Positions 1 to 10,261 of a stretch of 64,000 nucleotides of DNA are shown here, in pieces. The notes beneath the pieces were generated by a model. It saw only the letters and a list, made by a program, of their open reading frames with translations. It made no database searches and had not been told where the DNA came from. Position 1 is the first letter of the stretch, and the number at the start of each line of letters is the position of its first letter. Source of the DNA: an uncultured Candidatus Saccharibacteria bacterium (GTDB lineage Bacteria > Patescibacteriota > Doudnabacteria > UBA920); assembly GCA_964520505.1 (NCBI GenBank), contig CAZFQP010000001.1, forward strand, positions 45,113 to 109,112, in the 5' to 3' direction. The translations under genes and the position numbers were made by a program.

Positions 1-2
1 CG

Positions 3-419
3 GTTTTGGCGCAAAGATTAGTGCGGGTAGTTTGTAAAGACTGTCAAACCCCGTATAAAATTGATGACGCGGTAATTACCGGTTTAGCTAAACAATTTCA
101 TATGGATAATCTCTTGCCGGTTTTGGTTAGAGAAGGTTTGGCTACGGCCAAAACCAAGAGCATTAAAGAACTGCAATTTTTTAAAGGGCAAGGTTGTGAT
201 AAGTGCAACCACTCCGGTTATAAAGGCCGTATGGGACTGCATGAAATTTTAGAAGTCACGCAGCCGGTGGCGGAAATGATTATGGAGCACAAGAGTGCTC
301 AGGAAATTCAAGAGCAGGCGGAAAAAGACGGAATGACCTTAATGTGGCAGGATGGTTTTATAAAAGCACTTAAAGGTATTACCACCATAGACGAGATAGT
401 TAGGGTTTCAAAAGAGTAA
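3..419 (+). CDS. pilB: Type II/IV secretion ATPase (PilB/GspE family), C-terminal fragment; 5' end lies outside the window
   Basis: C-terminal tetracysteine zinc-ribbon region CKDCQ...GCDKCNHSGYKGRMGLHEILEV is typical of the GspE/PilB C-terminus. It sits directly upstream of pilC-pilM-pilN-pilO. Confidence 0.7.
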   Translation, partial: VLAQRLVRVVCKDCQTPYKIDDAVITGLAKQFHMDNLLPVLVREGLATAKTKSIKELQFFKGQGCDKCNHSGYKGRMGLHEILEVTQPVAEMIMEHKSAQEIQEQAEKDGMTLMWQDGFIKALKGITTIDEIVRVSKE

Positions 420-462
420 AAATAATGACAAGATTGACATAAATGACAAGATTTAAAAGAAT

Positions 463-831
463 ATGGAGCCAAAAGATTTAAAAAAGAGGACAAAGGAATT
501 TGCTGTAAGAATAATAAAATTGGCGCAACATTTAGAAAAAAATTATGGAAATACGGGAAGAAAGATTGGAGATCAAATATTAAGGTCGGGCACCGGAGTT
601 TATAGTAATTATCGAGCATCCTGTAGGTGCAAATCTGCCAAAGATTTTATTTCCAAGATGGGTAATGTAGTTGAAGAGGCGGATGAGACTTTAGGTTGGC
701 TGGAGTTATTAATTGCAGCAGATATTGTGCCTGTTATTTTAATAAAAGAGTTATTAAATGAGGCAAACGAACTAACCGCAATTATGACAGCTTCCAGAAA
801 CACTTCCATAAAAAACCACACTGTTAAGTAG
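463..831 (+). CDS. Four-helix-bundle protein of the 23S rRNA intervening-sequence protein family
   Basis: 122 aa; the EEADETLGWLELL motif and overall helical pattern match the IVS/TIGR02436-type four-helix-bundle proteins common in CPR genomes. Confidence 0.6.
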   Translation: MEPKDLKKRTKEFAVRIIKLAQHLEKNYGNTGRKIGDQILRSGTGVYSNYRASCRCKSAKDFISKMGNVVEEADETLGWLELLIAADIVPVILIKELLNEANELTAIMTASRNTSIKNHTVK

Positions 832-867
832 TTTTAAATCTTGTCAATCATTTAATTCGTTTAATTC

Positions 868-2091
868 TTGTTCAATCAGTCTATGGAATTTTCATATACA
901 GCCATTACTAAATCGGGGCAGAAAGAAAGCGCGACTATTGCCGCGCCAAATATTGCCGCGGCCGGACATATGCTCAAAGAGCAGGGTCTATTACCTACGC
1001 ATATTGAAGAACAGCAAAAGAAAACAGTTGTCTCATTTTTAAGCAATATCTCAACTATTTCTTTAGACGAAAAAATAAATTTTATTGAAAATTTGAGCGT
1101 CATGCTGAAAGCCGGAATTTCTATAAGTCGAGCTATGCAGATTTTGGTTAAGCAGACCAAAAACGTAAAGTTTAAAAATATTATTAGTGACGTCTACAAC
1201 CAAGTACAGCAGGGGAAGGGATTGGCGGAAGCGCTGGAAAAATACCCTAACGTTTTTTCTAACATTTTTTTTAGCATGGTCAAGGTCGGCGAAATGTCAG
1301 GTAATTTAGATAAAAGTTTGGAATATTTAAGCATTCAATTACATCGCGAGGCGGACTTAAAGAGCAAAACTAAGGGTGCAATGATATATCCCTCGGTGAT
1401 TATGGGAGCTATGGTTATAATTGGCGTACTTATGTCAATTTTTGTACTGCCAAGTTTAACTTCGGTCTTTAAAGAATTTGGCGGAACCTTGCCTTTGTCC
1501 ACAAGGATAGTTATGAAGTTTGCGGATTTTATGAGCGGCAATGCAGTATTAGTTTTGGGTGGCATGGTTGCCTTGATAGCCGGAATGGTGGCTGTTTACC
1601 GGACGTATGCCGGCCAAAAAATGTTTGATATTTTTTTATTGCATTTTATGGTAATAAGTACCATCATCAAAAAAATTAACTTGGCCAGGTTTGCCAGAAT
1701 TTTAAGTTCGCTGCTTAAAAGCGGTATTCCGATTGTGCAGGCGCTGGATGTGGCCGGAGGTTCTTTGGGAAATATTCCTTACCGCGAGTTAGTAACTCAG
1801 GCCGGGATAGATGTAAAGTTAGGCAAGCCTCTCACGGAATCTTTGGGGAAGAATGAAGATTTGTTTCCGGTATTGGTCGTCCAAATGATCCAGGTTGGTG
1901 AAGAAAGCGGTACGATGCAGGAGATTTTGGAGCAGTTAGCAATGCATTATGAAGAAGAAGTGGATAACACCTTAAAAAATTTGTCTTCCATTATTGAACC
2001 TTTATTGCTATTGTTAATTGGTGGGGCGGTAGGTATTTTAGCCGTGGCTTTAATCGCGCCAATTTATAGCATTAGTCAAACAATTCAATAA
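868..2091 (+). CDS. pilC: Type IV pilus assembly platform protein PilC (GspF family)
   Basis: 407 aa, two GspF-type repeats, three TM segments, in a pilB/pilM/pilN/pilO context. Confidence 0.8.
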   Translation: MFNQSMEFSYTAITKSGQKESATIAAPNIAAAGHMLKEQGLLPTHIEEQQKKTVVSFLSNISTISLDEKINFIENLSVMLKAGISISRAMQILVKQTKNVKFKNIISDVYNQVQQGKGLAEALEKYPNVFSNIFFSMVKVGEMSGNLDKSLEYLSIQLHREADLKSKTKGAMIYPSVIMGAMVIIGVLMSIFVLPSLTSVFKEFGGTLPLSTRIVMKFADFMSGNAVLVLGGMVALIAGMVAVYRTYAGQKMFDIFLLHFMVISTIIKKINLARFARILSSLLKSGIPIVQALDVAGGSLGNIPYRELVTQAGIDVKLGKPLTESLGKNEDLFPVLVVQMIQVGEESGTMQEILEQLAMHYEEEVDNTLKNLSSIIEPLLLLLIGGAVGILAVALIAPIYSISQTIQ

Positions 2092-2112
2092 ATTAATCAT
2101 TCACAAGTTTTA

Positions 2113-3183
2113 ATGCCAAAGTTTAGTCTTTTTTCACAAACCTTGTCGGCCTTGGGGCTGCATTTAACCTCTACTTCCATGAGGTTAGTTTTACTTCACA
2201 AAAAAGGGAAGGAAACAGTGGTGAAGGCTTTTGCCGATGTTGCTTTGCCTAAAGGATTAATGGTTAACGACGAAATTGTCGACGCTAAAACTTTTGAATT
2301 TTTACTTAAGCAGGCTTTGGCAAAACCAAACTTTGGTAAGTTTGATACGAGCTATGCGGTGGTCAGCTTGCCTGAGTCCAAGTCTTTTGTTCGGGTGGTA
2401 CAAATTCCCATAATGAGCGAGACGGAAGCGGAAAGCGCGGTGCCGTACGAAGCAGAAAGTTTTATTCCTTTGCCGATTGATCAAGTCTATTTGGACTGGC
2501 AAAAAATTGGAGAGACAGGGGAAAAAATGGATATTTTAATGGTGGCATCGCCAAAAGAATTTGTGGAAAAATATTTAACTATTTTGCAGCGGGCAGGTAT
2601 TACGCCGTTAGCTTTGGAAGTTGAATCTCAAAGTTGTCACCGCGCGTTAATTGCATCCGGCAGTAAGGAGACGTCTTTAATTTTAGACGCTGCTGCCATT
2701 CGTAGTAGTCTGCTTATGATAGAACAAGGAAATTTACAGTTTACTTCCACCATTCCCATTGGCGGCAGTGCCTTTACCGAAAGTATCGCCAGATCTTTGG
2801 GCGTTTCCAGCGCCAAAGCCGAAGAGATAAAAAGAAAAGTCGGGCTTTCCAATACCGCCGAATATCCAAATATTAAAACCTCCTTGCTTCCGGTGTTAAA
2901 TAATTTGACGGCTGAAGTTAAAAATATTTTAAAATTTCATGGTGAGCATTCAGAAAAACAGGTTGAGCGAGTTATTTTGTGCGGTGCCGGCAGCCGGTTA
3001 AAAAATTTGCAGGAATTTTTGGCCCCACAATTGGCCGAGGCAGGAGTAAATAAGGTAGAAATAGGTAATCCCTGGCAGAATGTGGAAGGATTAAAAACCG
3101 TACCTATGGATGCAAGCGGCGCTTTAGGTTTTGTTGCGGCTATTGGGCTCGCCATGAGAGGGGTAGATTATAAGGTCTATTAG
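2113..3183 (+). CDS. pilM: Type IV pilus assembly protein PilM (actin-like ATPase fold)
   Basis: 356 aa; actin-like segments (SLILDAAAIRSSL, IGGSAFTESIA) and position immediately before pilN. Confidence 0.7.
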   Translation: MPKFSLFSQTLSALGLHLTSTSMRLVLLHKKGKETVVKAFADVALPKGLMVNDEIVDAKTFEFLLKQALAKPNFGKFDTSYAVVSLPESKSFVRVVQIPIMSETEAESAVPYEAESFIPLPIDQVYLDWQKIGETGEKMDILMVASPKEFVEKYLTILQRAGITPLALEVESQSCHRALIASGSKETSLILDAAAIRSSLLMIEQGNLQFTSTIPIGGSAFTESIARSLGVSSAKAEEIKRKVGLSNTAEYPNIKTSLLPVLNNLTAEVKNILKFHGEHSEKQVERVILCGAGSRLKNLQEFLAPQLAEAGVNKVEIGNPWQNVEGLKTVPMDASGALGFVAAIGLAMRGVDYKVY

Positions 3184-3192
3184 ACATATAAC

Positions 3193-3750
3193 TTGATTAT
3201 GAAAATAATTAATTTACTGCCAAAAAATCAGCAAACAGAACTACGCTATCAAGCGATGCTACATCGTCTATGGGCTGTATTCGGGGTGTCCTTGGTCAGT
3301 TTCGCAGTGGTTTTTTTAGCTCAGTTCGGAGTAAAGATTTTTTTACAAGTGGAAGCTAAAATTTACTCAGCACAAATAACTGAGCTGCAAGGCCAAGTTA
3401 ACAAACAGAATAACGCGGAAATCAAAAGCAAAATAAAACAAATTAACGATACTATCTCAGACTTTAAAACTCTTTCAGACAGTTCTCCAAAATTATCTCA
3501 GGCAATCGCTGCGTTTGCCAAACTACCGCCACCGGGTATAAAAATAAATAACGTTTCCATAGACGCTAGCCGAAAGGTCATAAATATAAACGGTCAAGGT
3601 GCAACCCGTGAAGCTATAATTGAGCTATATAACAATATTCACAGAGATAGTAATTTTTATAATGTAGATTATCCATTGGAAAATGTAGTTAAGCCGACAA
3701 ATCAATCTTTCCATTTTACTTTTTATATGAAGGACGAACTAATAAAATAA
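3193..3750 (+). CDS. pilN: Type IV pilus assembly protein PilN
   Basis: N-terminal INLLP motif, a single TM, then a coiled coil, as in PilN. Confidence 0.65.
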   Translation: MIMKIINLLPKNQQTELRYQAMLHRLWAVFGVSLVSFAVVFLAQFGVKIFLQVEAKIYSAQITELQGQVNKQNNAEIKSKIKQINDTISDFKTLSDSSPKLSQAIAAFAKLPPPGIKINNVSIDASRKVININGQGATREAIIELYNNIHRDSNFYNVDYPLENVVKPTNQSFHFTFYMKDELIK

Positions 3751-3760
3751 TATACTGGGA

Positions 3761-4312
3761 ATGAATAATTGGCCAGCTAAAAATAAAATATTCGGCCTTT
3801 TGGTATTATGGCTAGGGTTAATTACCTTGATGTTTTTTAGTTTGTTTGGAATTTTAGACCGCCAAAATCTAGCTAATCTTGAATCTATGGCTCAGCAGAG
3901 AAAAGATCTTGCAATGCTTAAAGCTGAGAGGGAAAGTTTTACCAGAGCTCAACAGGATTTAGATTTATTGGCAAAGAAACAATATCAGCCGGAAGACTTT
4001 TTTTCGAAAGATGTCACTTTGGTTAAAGAGCTTAGAATTTTAGAAGATTGGGCCGACAGGTTGGGAGTAAAAATTCAGATTTCCGGAATAAGTGGAACTA
4101 TTGCTAGTGTGCCCAAGGCCAAAACCCAAACTTCTTTAGCGGTAATTCAGTATGGGATAAGCATTAACGGAGAGTTTAGCCAAGTATTAAATTATATTCA
4201 GGTTTTAGAAAATCTAAGTTTTATTACCAGTATTAGTTCAATGAATTTAAATAATTCGGACAGGGGCAACGTCTCAGCCGGCGTTACCGCCAGTTTATAT
4301 TTAAGGAAATAA
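3761..4312 (+). CDS. pilO: PilO-like pilus assembly protein
   Basis: 183 aa, N-terminal TM, coiled coil, position after pilN. Confidence 0.5.
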   Translation: MNNWPAKNKIFGLLVLWLGLITLMFFSLFGILDRQNLANLESMAQQRKDLAMLKAERESFTRAQQDLDLLAKKQYQPEDFFSKDVTLVKELRILEDWADRLGVKIQISGISGTIASVPKAKTQTSLAVIQYGISINGEFSQVLNYIQVLENLSFITSISSMNLNNSDRGNVSAGVTASLYLRK

Positions 4313-4313
4313 T

Positions 4314-4622
4314 ATGCCCTCTCTCAGCGGAACAAGTCTAATCGCATTAAAAAATAATTTTAATAAGTTGGGTAAAAATTTTTCCTGGCTATTTTACCTT
4401 ATTTTGATTATTGTTTTGGCGTTTGAAGTTATTGAAGTTCAAAAATCGGTTGAAATAATGCTTGAGTCCAAACGCGAGCCGGCAGTGGTGGTTAAAGATA
4501 AAGGAGTAAAAATAAATTTTGACGATTATAATGCGGTAGTAAAAAAAATTGAGAATGGTCAGATCTATCAACCCCCTCAGAATAACGTTAGCAATCCATT
4601 CCAAACGACTATTAGTGAATAA
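4314..4622 (+). CDS. Small membrane protein at the end of the pilus operon (possible PilP-like)
   Basis: 102 aa, one TM; start overlaps the pilO stop (ATATG). Confidence 0.35.
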   Translation: MPSLSGTSLIALKNNFNKLGKNFSWLFYLILIIVLAFEVIEVQKSVEIMLESKREPAVVVKDKGVKINFDDYNAVVKKIENGQIYQPPQNNVSNPFQTTISE

Positions 4623-4745
4623 GATTTTTTTAAAGCCGCAGGATCCTTTGGCTCCGGCGGCTTTTTGTATTGGCCAAGTACGGGGAATTTATATATAATA
4701 TAGTAAGTTTTGGCTTGAAATATGGGAGAAAGATCTCCTATTTAT

Positions 4746-4822
4746 GCACCCGTAGCTCATTTGGATAGAGCGCTTGGCTTCGAACCAAGAGGTAGTAGGT
4801 TCAAATCCTACCGGGTGCACCA
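4746..4822 (+). tRNA. tRNA-Arg (anticodon TCG), CCA encoded
   Basis: Acceptor stem GCACCCG/CGGGTGC, T-loop GGTTCAAATCC, anticodon loop CTTCGAA gives UCG. Confidence 0.85.
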
Positions 4823-4931
4823 CGTAGTAGTCAATAAAAAATGACACCAGTAATTGATGTCATAAGTCTATGGCAGTATTATGAATTTGAGCAAGTGAGT
4901 GCCTCCGAACGAGCGAATGGTTCATGGTGGG

Positions 4932-4955
4932 CCACGTCGTTCGCGAACGACGTGG
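4932..4955. terminator. Perfect 12-bp palindrome CCACGTCGTTCG/CGAACGACGTGG overlapping the CCA end of tRNA-Lys; likely a bidirectional terminator between the convergent tRNAs
   Basis: Both arms read directly from the sequence. The minus-strand copy incorporates the tRNA 3' CCA in the stem. Confidence 0.5.
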
Positions 4956-5028
4956 TGGGTCGGGTGGGGATCGAACCCACGACAAATAGCTTAAGAGGCT
5001 ACTGCTCTACCAACTGAGCTACCGACCC
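4953..5028 (-). tRNA. tRNA-Lys (anticodon CTT), CCA encoded
   Basis: Minus-strand reading: acceptor GGGTCGG/CCGACCC, D-arm GCTCAGTTGGTAGAGC, anticodon loop CTCTTAA, T-loop GGTTCGATCC. Confidence 0.85.
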
Positions 5029-5099
5029 ATATACGCGCTGAAAATATAACCAATCTTTGATATTTTACCATACTTTACCATTTCTTTCAAGGGATTTTT

Positions 5100-6089
5100 A
5101 TGCTTACATTATTGCTCGGTTTGGATGATTTTTCCAAAAAACAATATATTTCATCCAAGGTGACTGGGCAGAAGATGCCGGAAGATGTGTATTTTGACGT
5201 TGAAAATTTTCCCGGCATAGAAACTTTGGTCGGCGGTGATTTATTTACGGCCGCAAAGCGCCATATTTTTTATTTTATGCCGGAAAATTTTGCCGATCCG
5301 GATACGGTTGAAAAGTTAGTAAGCAGTAAAAACCAAATAATTATTATTATTGAAAAATTAGATAAGCGTTCCGCTGATAATAAAAAATTATTGGCTAATA
5401 AGCACGTTATAGTGGAAGAATTTTTTTTGCCGCACGGACGGGAGTTAGACAATTGGATTGTAAAACGGGCAGGGGAGTTAGGAGCTAAAATTAATACCAA
5501 TTCAGCCAATGCCTTGGCAGTTGCTTTAGGTCGAGATGAAGCGGTGGAAACCAAATTTGGCGGCAAGGTGGTAGAGGTTAAAGAAATTTATTCTTTGTGG
5601 CAAGCCGATGCGGAATTGCGTAAACTGGCAGCTTATACAATTGGTCGGGAAATAAATGTTGAAGATATTGAATTATTGGTTTTTAAAAATGAAAGTTCCG
5701 ATGTTTTTGATTTAACTAATGCGATTGCTGAAGGACAAAAGTATCAAGCCTTATTTTTAATGCATAAATTGCTTGGCCTGCAGACCGGAGCGGAAGAAAA
5801 GACGGCTATTATTCAGTTAAGCGCCTTGCTGGCCGAGCAATTCCGTTCGGTTGCCATGGTTCAAAGTTTCTTGCAAGACCATAAAAATGAAGATGCAATT
5901 TTGGAGTTAACCGGCTGGAAATCCGGTCGACTGTTTATGATGAAAAAAGTGGCGCAAAAGTTTACGCCGGTTAAGGTACTGGATTTTCTTAATAAATTAA
6001 AGGCTTTAGATGAAGAATTAAAATCATCATCAATACCGGCCAAAGTGCTGTTGGATTTAATAGTCTCCCAGTTGTTATCCACAACCTGA
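5100..6089 (+). CDS. holA: DNA polymerase III delta subunit (HolA-like)
   Basis: 329 aa; clamp-loader delta-like N-terminal region and C-terminal helical domain. Moderate similarity only. Confidence 0.5.
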   Translation: MLTLLLGLDDFSKKQYISSKVTGQKMPEDVYFDVENFPGIETLVGGDLFTAAKRHIFYFMPENFADPDTVEKLVSSKNQIIIIIEKLDKRSADNKKLLANKHVIVEEFFLPHGRELDNWIVKRAGELGAKINTNSANALAVALGRDEAVETKFGGKVVEVKEIYSLWQADAELRKLAAYTIGREINVEDIELLVFKNESSDVFDLTNAIAEGQKYQALFLMHKLLGLQTGAEEKTAIIQLSALLAEQFRSVAMVQSFLQDHKNEDAILELTGWKSGRLFMMKKVAQKFTPVKVLDFLNKLKALDEELKSSSIPAKVLLDLIVSQLLSTT

Positions 6090-6175
6090 AACAAAAGTCC
6101 AAATAATTCGTATATAATAATAGAAACATTAAAGTAATTTAATTGGCTCTTAAGTTTTGAGCCGAAGGAGAGAAA

Positions 6176-6997
6176 ATGAACAATAAGGTCTTAAAATATA
6201 GCTTTGCGGCTGCTATGGCGGTCAGCATGGCATTTTCCGGTTTAACGGCTTTAGCCGTTGACAATAGCGGAATAAAAAATTTGAGAGAGCAGCAGAAACA
6301 GCAGATGGAAACTCTGCGAGAACAAAATAAACAGCAATTGGAAGCAAAAAAAGCCGAGTTAAAGCAGCAAATGGAAAAACAAAAGGAAGAACGGGCGAAA
6401 AACCAAGAAGCCTACAAACAATGTGTGGCTGCTAATCAAAAAATCAGAGAAGATTTTCGTCAGGGCGTGAAAGAAAATGACCAGGAATATTTTAAACAAT
6501 TAAAAGATGTCCACGGAGTTTATTCTACTACGACACAGGCAGCGCTTGATGCCTACAAAGCGGCAATTAAAGCAGCCGGTGATACCAGACAAGCTGCATT
6601 AAAGTCGGCGTACGACGTTTACAAGGCTGCGGTAAATACTGCTTCAGCTACCAGAGCCAGTACCTTGGCGGCTAACGCTACCAATACGCCGGAAACCATT
6701 AAACAGGCCAATCAAACTTACAGAGACGCGGTTAAGGCTGCGGGGACTGTGCGCCAAACTGCTATTAAAGCCGCTAACGACGCTTACAAGGCTGCGGTGG
6801 CAGCGGCAGTGCAAAAAAGGAAAGATGCCATAGGCTCAGCCCAAACTTACAAAAAAGATATGTTAGCCAAACTTTCTGAAAAAAGAAAAAATGACAACAA
6901 GACAGAACTTTCTGACCGTGATGCCAAGTTGCAAGTTTGTAAACTTTTGCCAGTAAGCTCAACAACTACTCCGGTCAGCACTAGCACCGGACAGTAG
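6176..6997 (+). CDS. Secreted Ala/Lys/Gln-rich coiled-coil protein with signal peptide
   Basis: N-terminal signal-like segment MNNKVLKYSFAAAMAVSMAFSGLTALA; repeated AAxKAA/DAYKAA segments; C-terminal TTTPVSTST tail. Confidence 0.5.
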   Translation: MNNKVLKYSFAAAMAVSMAFSGLTALAVDNSGIKNLREQQKQQMETLREQNKQQLEAKKAELKQQMEKQKEERAKNQEAYKQCVAANQKIREDFRQGVKENDQEYFKQLKDVHGVYSTTTQAALDAYKAAIKAAGDTRQAALKSAYDVYKAAVNTASATRASTLAANATNTPETIKQANQTYRDAVKAAGTVRQTAIKAANDAYKAAVAAAVQKRKDAIGSAQTYKKDMLAKLSEKRKNDNKTELSDRDAKLQVCKLLPVSSTTTPVSTSTGQ

Positions 6998-7074
6998 TAA
7001 ATTATTTAAAGGTTTAATCAAAAAGCCAACCATTCGGTTGGCTTTTAAATTATTATTGATTTTTTTTCGAGTAT

Positions 7075-8913
7075 TTATCTAGCGGCGCGTTTGCGTTCGG
7101 TTGCGGAGAGAATTTTTTTGCGGATTCTAATAGATTTCGGAGTTACTTCCACCAGTTCGTCCGGGCCAATGTATTCAAGTGCGAAGTCCAATTCTACAGG
7201 GCGGGGAGGGGTTAAAATAATTGCTTCGTCCGTACCGGAAGAGCGGATGTTGGTGAGCTTTTTGGTTTTGCAAACGTTGAGCTCAATGTCGTTGTTTAAG
7301 GCGTTCTTACCAACAACCATACCTTCGTAAACTTCCACAGCCGGGCCAATAAACAAAATTCCGCGTTCCTGGGCGTTGTTTAATCCATAAGCGTTAGATA
7401 CTCCGGTTTCGGAGGAGATTAAGCTGCCGTGGTCATTAACGTGGGTATCTATTTCGTGCACCGGCTTATAGCTGTCGAACAGGTTGTTTAAAATTACTGT
7501 GCCGCGAGTTTGAGTGAGCAGCAGGTTTTTTAAACCAATCAACCCTCGGGTCGGGATTAAATATTCCGCATGCAATTCGGTGTTGTTGGAAGAATCCATA
7601 TGCAATAATTCACCGCCGCGGCGGCCAAGGTTTTCAATAACCGCTCCCTGATATTCTGAAGGAACATCTATGGTAACCATTTCGTAAGGTTCCATTTTCT
7701 GTCCATCTTTTTCGTGATAAATAACCTGCGGCTGAGAAACTTGCAATTCAAAACCTTCTCTTCTCATAGTTTCAATCAATACGCCCAAGTGCAATTCACC
7801 GCGTCCGGAAACCAAAAAGCTTTCCGCGCCTTCTTCACTGGCTTCCACTTTTAAAGCAACGTTAACTTCCAATTCTTTGTATAAACGGTCGCGCAAATTT
7901 CTAGAGGTAACAAATTTACCTTCCTTCCCGGCAAACGGGGAAGTGTTTACGCCAAAAGTCATCTTTATGGTTGGCGGTTCAATCTCTACCGGTTCCAAAT
8001 GAATCGGGCTGGTAGGATCGGTTAAAGTTTCGCCAATGGAAATATCATCAAAACCACCCACGGCAACAATGTCGCCGGCGGTAGCTTCTTCTACGTCAAT
8101 CGGAGCCAAACCTTCATACATTTGCAGAGCTGTGGCTTTGCCAACGGTGGCTTGTCCTGCCGGGTTAATGCGAGCAATGTTCTGAGATTTTTTTACGCCG
8201 CCGGAAACAATTTTTCCAATACCAAGTTTGCCTTTATAGTTGTCATACTTTAAAGCCAAAACAAGCATGGCAAAAGGATCTTCCGGTTTTACATCCGGAG
8301 CAGGAATAAATTTTATAATCGCATCAAACAGGGGAGCGACATCGGGTTCGGCTGAATTTTTTATTTTTAATTTTAAACTTTCTAAATCCGTATCGGCGAG
8401 CCCTTTAAAGCCGGAAGCATAAATAATTGGAAAATCCAATTGTTCGTGTGTGGCATTGAGTTTAACAAATAAGTCAAAAGTTTTATCTACTGTGGCATCC
8501 GGTGCAGCGCCGTCTTTGTCTACTTTGTTAATTACGACAATGGCTTTTAGGCCCAGCTCCAAAGCTTTTTTAAGCACAAATTTAGTTTGCGGCATCGGGC
8601 CTTCTTTAGCATCAACAAGCAGCAAAACGCCGTCAGCCATTCTCAAAGTGCGTTCCACTTCGCCGCCGAAATCTGCGTGTCCCGGAGTATCAACAATGTT
8701 AATTTTGGTGCCGTTGTAAATAAGGGAGGCATTTTTGGCGCGAATGGTAATACCGCGTTCACGTTCCAAATCCATGGAGTCCATTATTAAATCCTTGGTG
8801 TCGTCGTTGACTTTCACCGTTTGTGTTTGCTTGAGCATGGCGTCTACCAATGTGGTTTTGCCGTGGTCAACGTGGGCAATAATGGCAATGTTTCTTATAT
8901 TGTCTCTTTTCAT
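7075..8913 (-). CDS. typA: Translational GTPase TypA/BipA
   Basis: 612 aa; N-terminus [20 protein letters not shown] and the G-motifs. Length and domain order are typical of BipA. Confidence 0.9.
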   Translation of the reverse strand: MKRDNIRNIAIIAHVDHGKTTLVDAMLKQTQTVKVNDDTKDLIMDSMDLERERGITIRAKNASLIYNGTKINIVDTPGHADFGGEVERTLRMADGVLLLVDAKEGPMPQTKFVLKKALELGLKAIVVINKVDKDGAAPDATVDKTFDLFVKLNATHEQLDFPIIYASGFKGLADTDLESLKLKIKNSAEPDVAPLFDAIIKFIPAPDVKPEDPFAMLVLALKYDNYKGKLGIGKIVSGGVKKSQNIARINPAGQATVGKATALQMYEGLAPIDVEEATAGDIVAVGGFDDISIGETLTDPTSPIHLEPVEIEPPTIKMTFGVNTSPFAGKEGKFVTSRNLRDRLYKELEVNVALKVEASEEGAESFLVSGRGELHLGVLIETMRREGFELQVSQPQVIYHEKDGQKMEPYEMVTIDVPSEYQGAVIENLGRRGGELLHMDSSNNTELHAEYLIPTRGLIGLKNLLLTQTRGTVILNNLFDSYKPVHEIDTHVNDHGSLISSETGVSNAYGLNNAQERGILFIGPAVEVYEGMVVGKNALNNDIELNVCKTKKLTNIRSSGTDEAIILTPPRPVELDFALEYIGPDELVEVTPKSIRIRKKILSATERKRAAR

Positions 8914-9152
8914 AAAAAAATTCCGATTCTGATCTGCGGATGTTATCCGGATCTGCCGATTACTACAGAAGATAGGTCGTCCGCAGTTATCCGTTGATCC
9001 GGATGGTTATTTGTAGATCCGGATCGCGTTAAGTCAAATAAAAAGTGCCCAAAAACCTCTAGGGCAGTTGCATAAAATATAGCATAAATAGTGCCTTTTT
9101 GTCAATTGTTTGCTATAATAAATATAAGATATTTTTATATAAAAAATAATTT

Positions 9153-10181
9153 ATGACCAACCAAAAACTTCAAGTAATTAGCTATTTCACCTTGCTCGGT
9201 ATTGCTTTTGTGATTGTGGTGTTAATTTTTTTCCCATTTTTAAAGACTTTAGCCTTAGCCGCAATTTTGGCTGTGTTGTTTTTGCCGGTGCATCGGGATA
9301 TTACCAAAAAAATTAAGTCTGAAACTTGGGGCGCGATAATTAGCCTGCTTTTAATTTTGTTGATTGTCATTGTTCCGGTCTACGTTGTCGGGCAATTGAT
9401 TTTTAACGAATTATCGGGGATTTATTCCCAAGTCAGCGTCAGCGGTTACAGTATAAGCCAATCTGCTTTGTTGGAAAAAATTCCTCAAACCTTGCGACCG
9501 TATGTGGAAAGTTTAGGAATGGATGCCGGAAAAAAGCTGACCGATCTCGCTCAAAATGCTTTTGCCGCAACCACCAATTTAGCTGCTAACTTAGCCGGTT
9601 TTGTTCTGTCGTTTTTCTTGTTCTTTTTTTCTTTGTATTATTTGATGCGCGACGGTTCTCGTCTGAAAAGTTATATTAATGAAATTTTTCCGTTATCAGA
9701 ATCACATGAAAATGCGTTAATAAAAAAATTAGAAGACGCGGTGAGCGGTGTGGTTAAGGGGTCATTTTTAGTAGCCTTAATTCAAGGCTTGGTTGGTACT
9801 TTAGGTTATTTAATTTTTGGTTTGCCCGCCGCTTTTTTATGGGGAGCTTTTACCGTTATTGCGGCCTTGGTGCCGAATGTGGGGACCTTAATTGCTTGGC
9901 TGCCGGCAGTAATTTATTTACTTGTCACCGGCCATACCGGGTCTGCCATTGGCCTGGCTATTTGGAGTATTTTAATTACGGGTACGATAGATAATATAGT
10001 TAGCCCTCGTTTGGTTGGCGGAAAAGTTAAATTACATCCGTTGTTGGTATTAATTTCAGTTTTAGGAGGCATTCATTTATTTGGTTATATGGGATTTTTG
10101 TTAGGGCCGATTATTATGGCTATTTTTGTCGCCCTGTTGGATATTTACAGAACCGATTTGAAAATGTATTTAGAAAAATAG
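9153..10181 (+). CDS. AI-2E family transporter (PerM/UPF0118)
   Basis: 342 aa, about 8 TM, with the conserved C-terminal GxxG-rich region typical of AI-2E/PerM permeases. Confidence 0.7.
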   Translation: MTNQKLQVISYFTLLGIAFVIVVLIFFPFLKTLALAAILAVLFLPVHRDITKKIKSETWGAIISLLLILLIVIVPVYVVGQLIFNELSGIYSQVSVSGYSISQSALLEKIPQTLRPYVESLGMDAGKKLTDLAQNAFAATTNLAANLAGFVLSFFLFFFSLYYLMRDGSRLKSYINEIFPLSESHENALIKKLEDAVSGVVKGSFLVALIQGLVGTLGYLIFGLPAAFLWGAFTVIAALVPNVGTLIAWLPAVIYLLVTGHTGSAIGLAIWSILITGTIDNIVSPRLVGGKVKLHPLLVLISVLGGIHLFGYMGFLLGPIIMAIFVALLDIYRTDLKMYLEK

Positions 10182-10261
10182 ATCAAAATAAATAAAAAAA
10201 TGATGAATTTACAGCCAGCCTTTTTTTATCTTGTCAGTGCTTAGTTTAAAATTTTTGAAAA

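Noticed and set aside
8450-8932. Plus-strand ORFs overlapping typA
   Set aside because: They are antisense to a highly conserved GTPase gene, with Ser/Ala-rich low-complexity translations.
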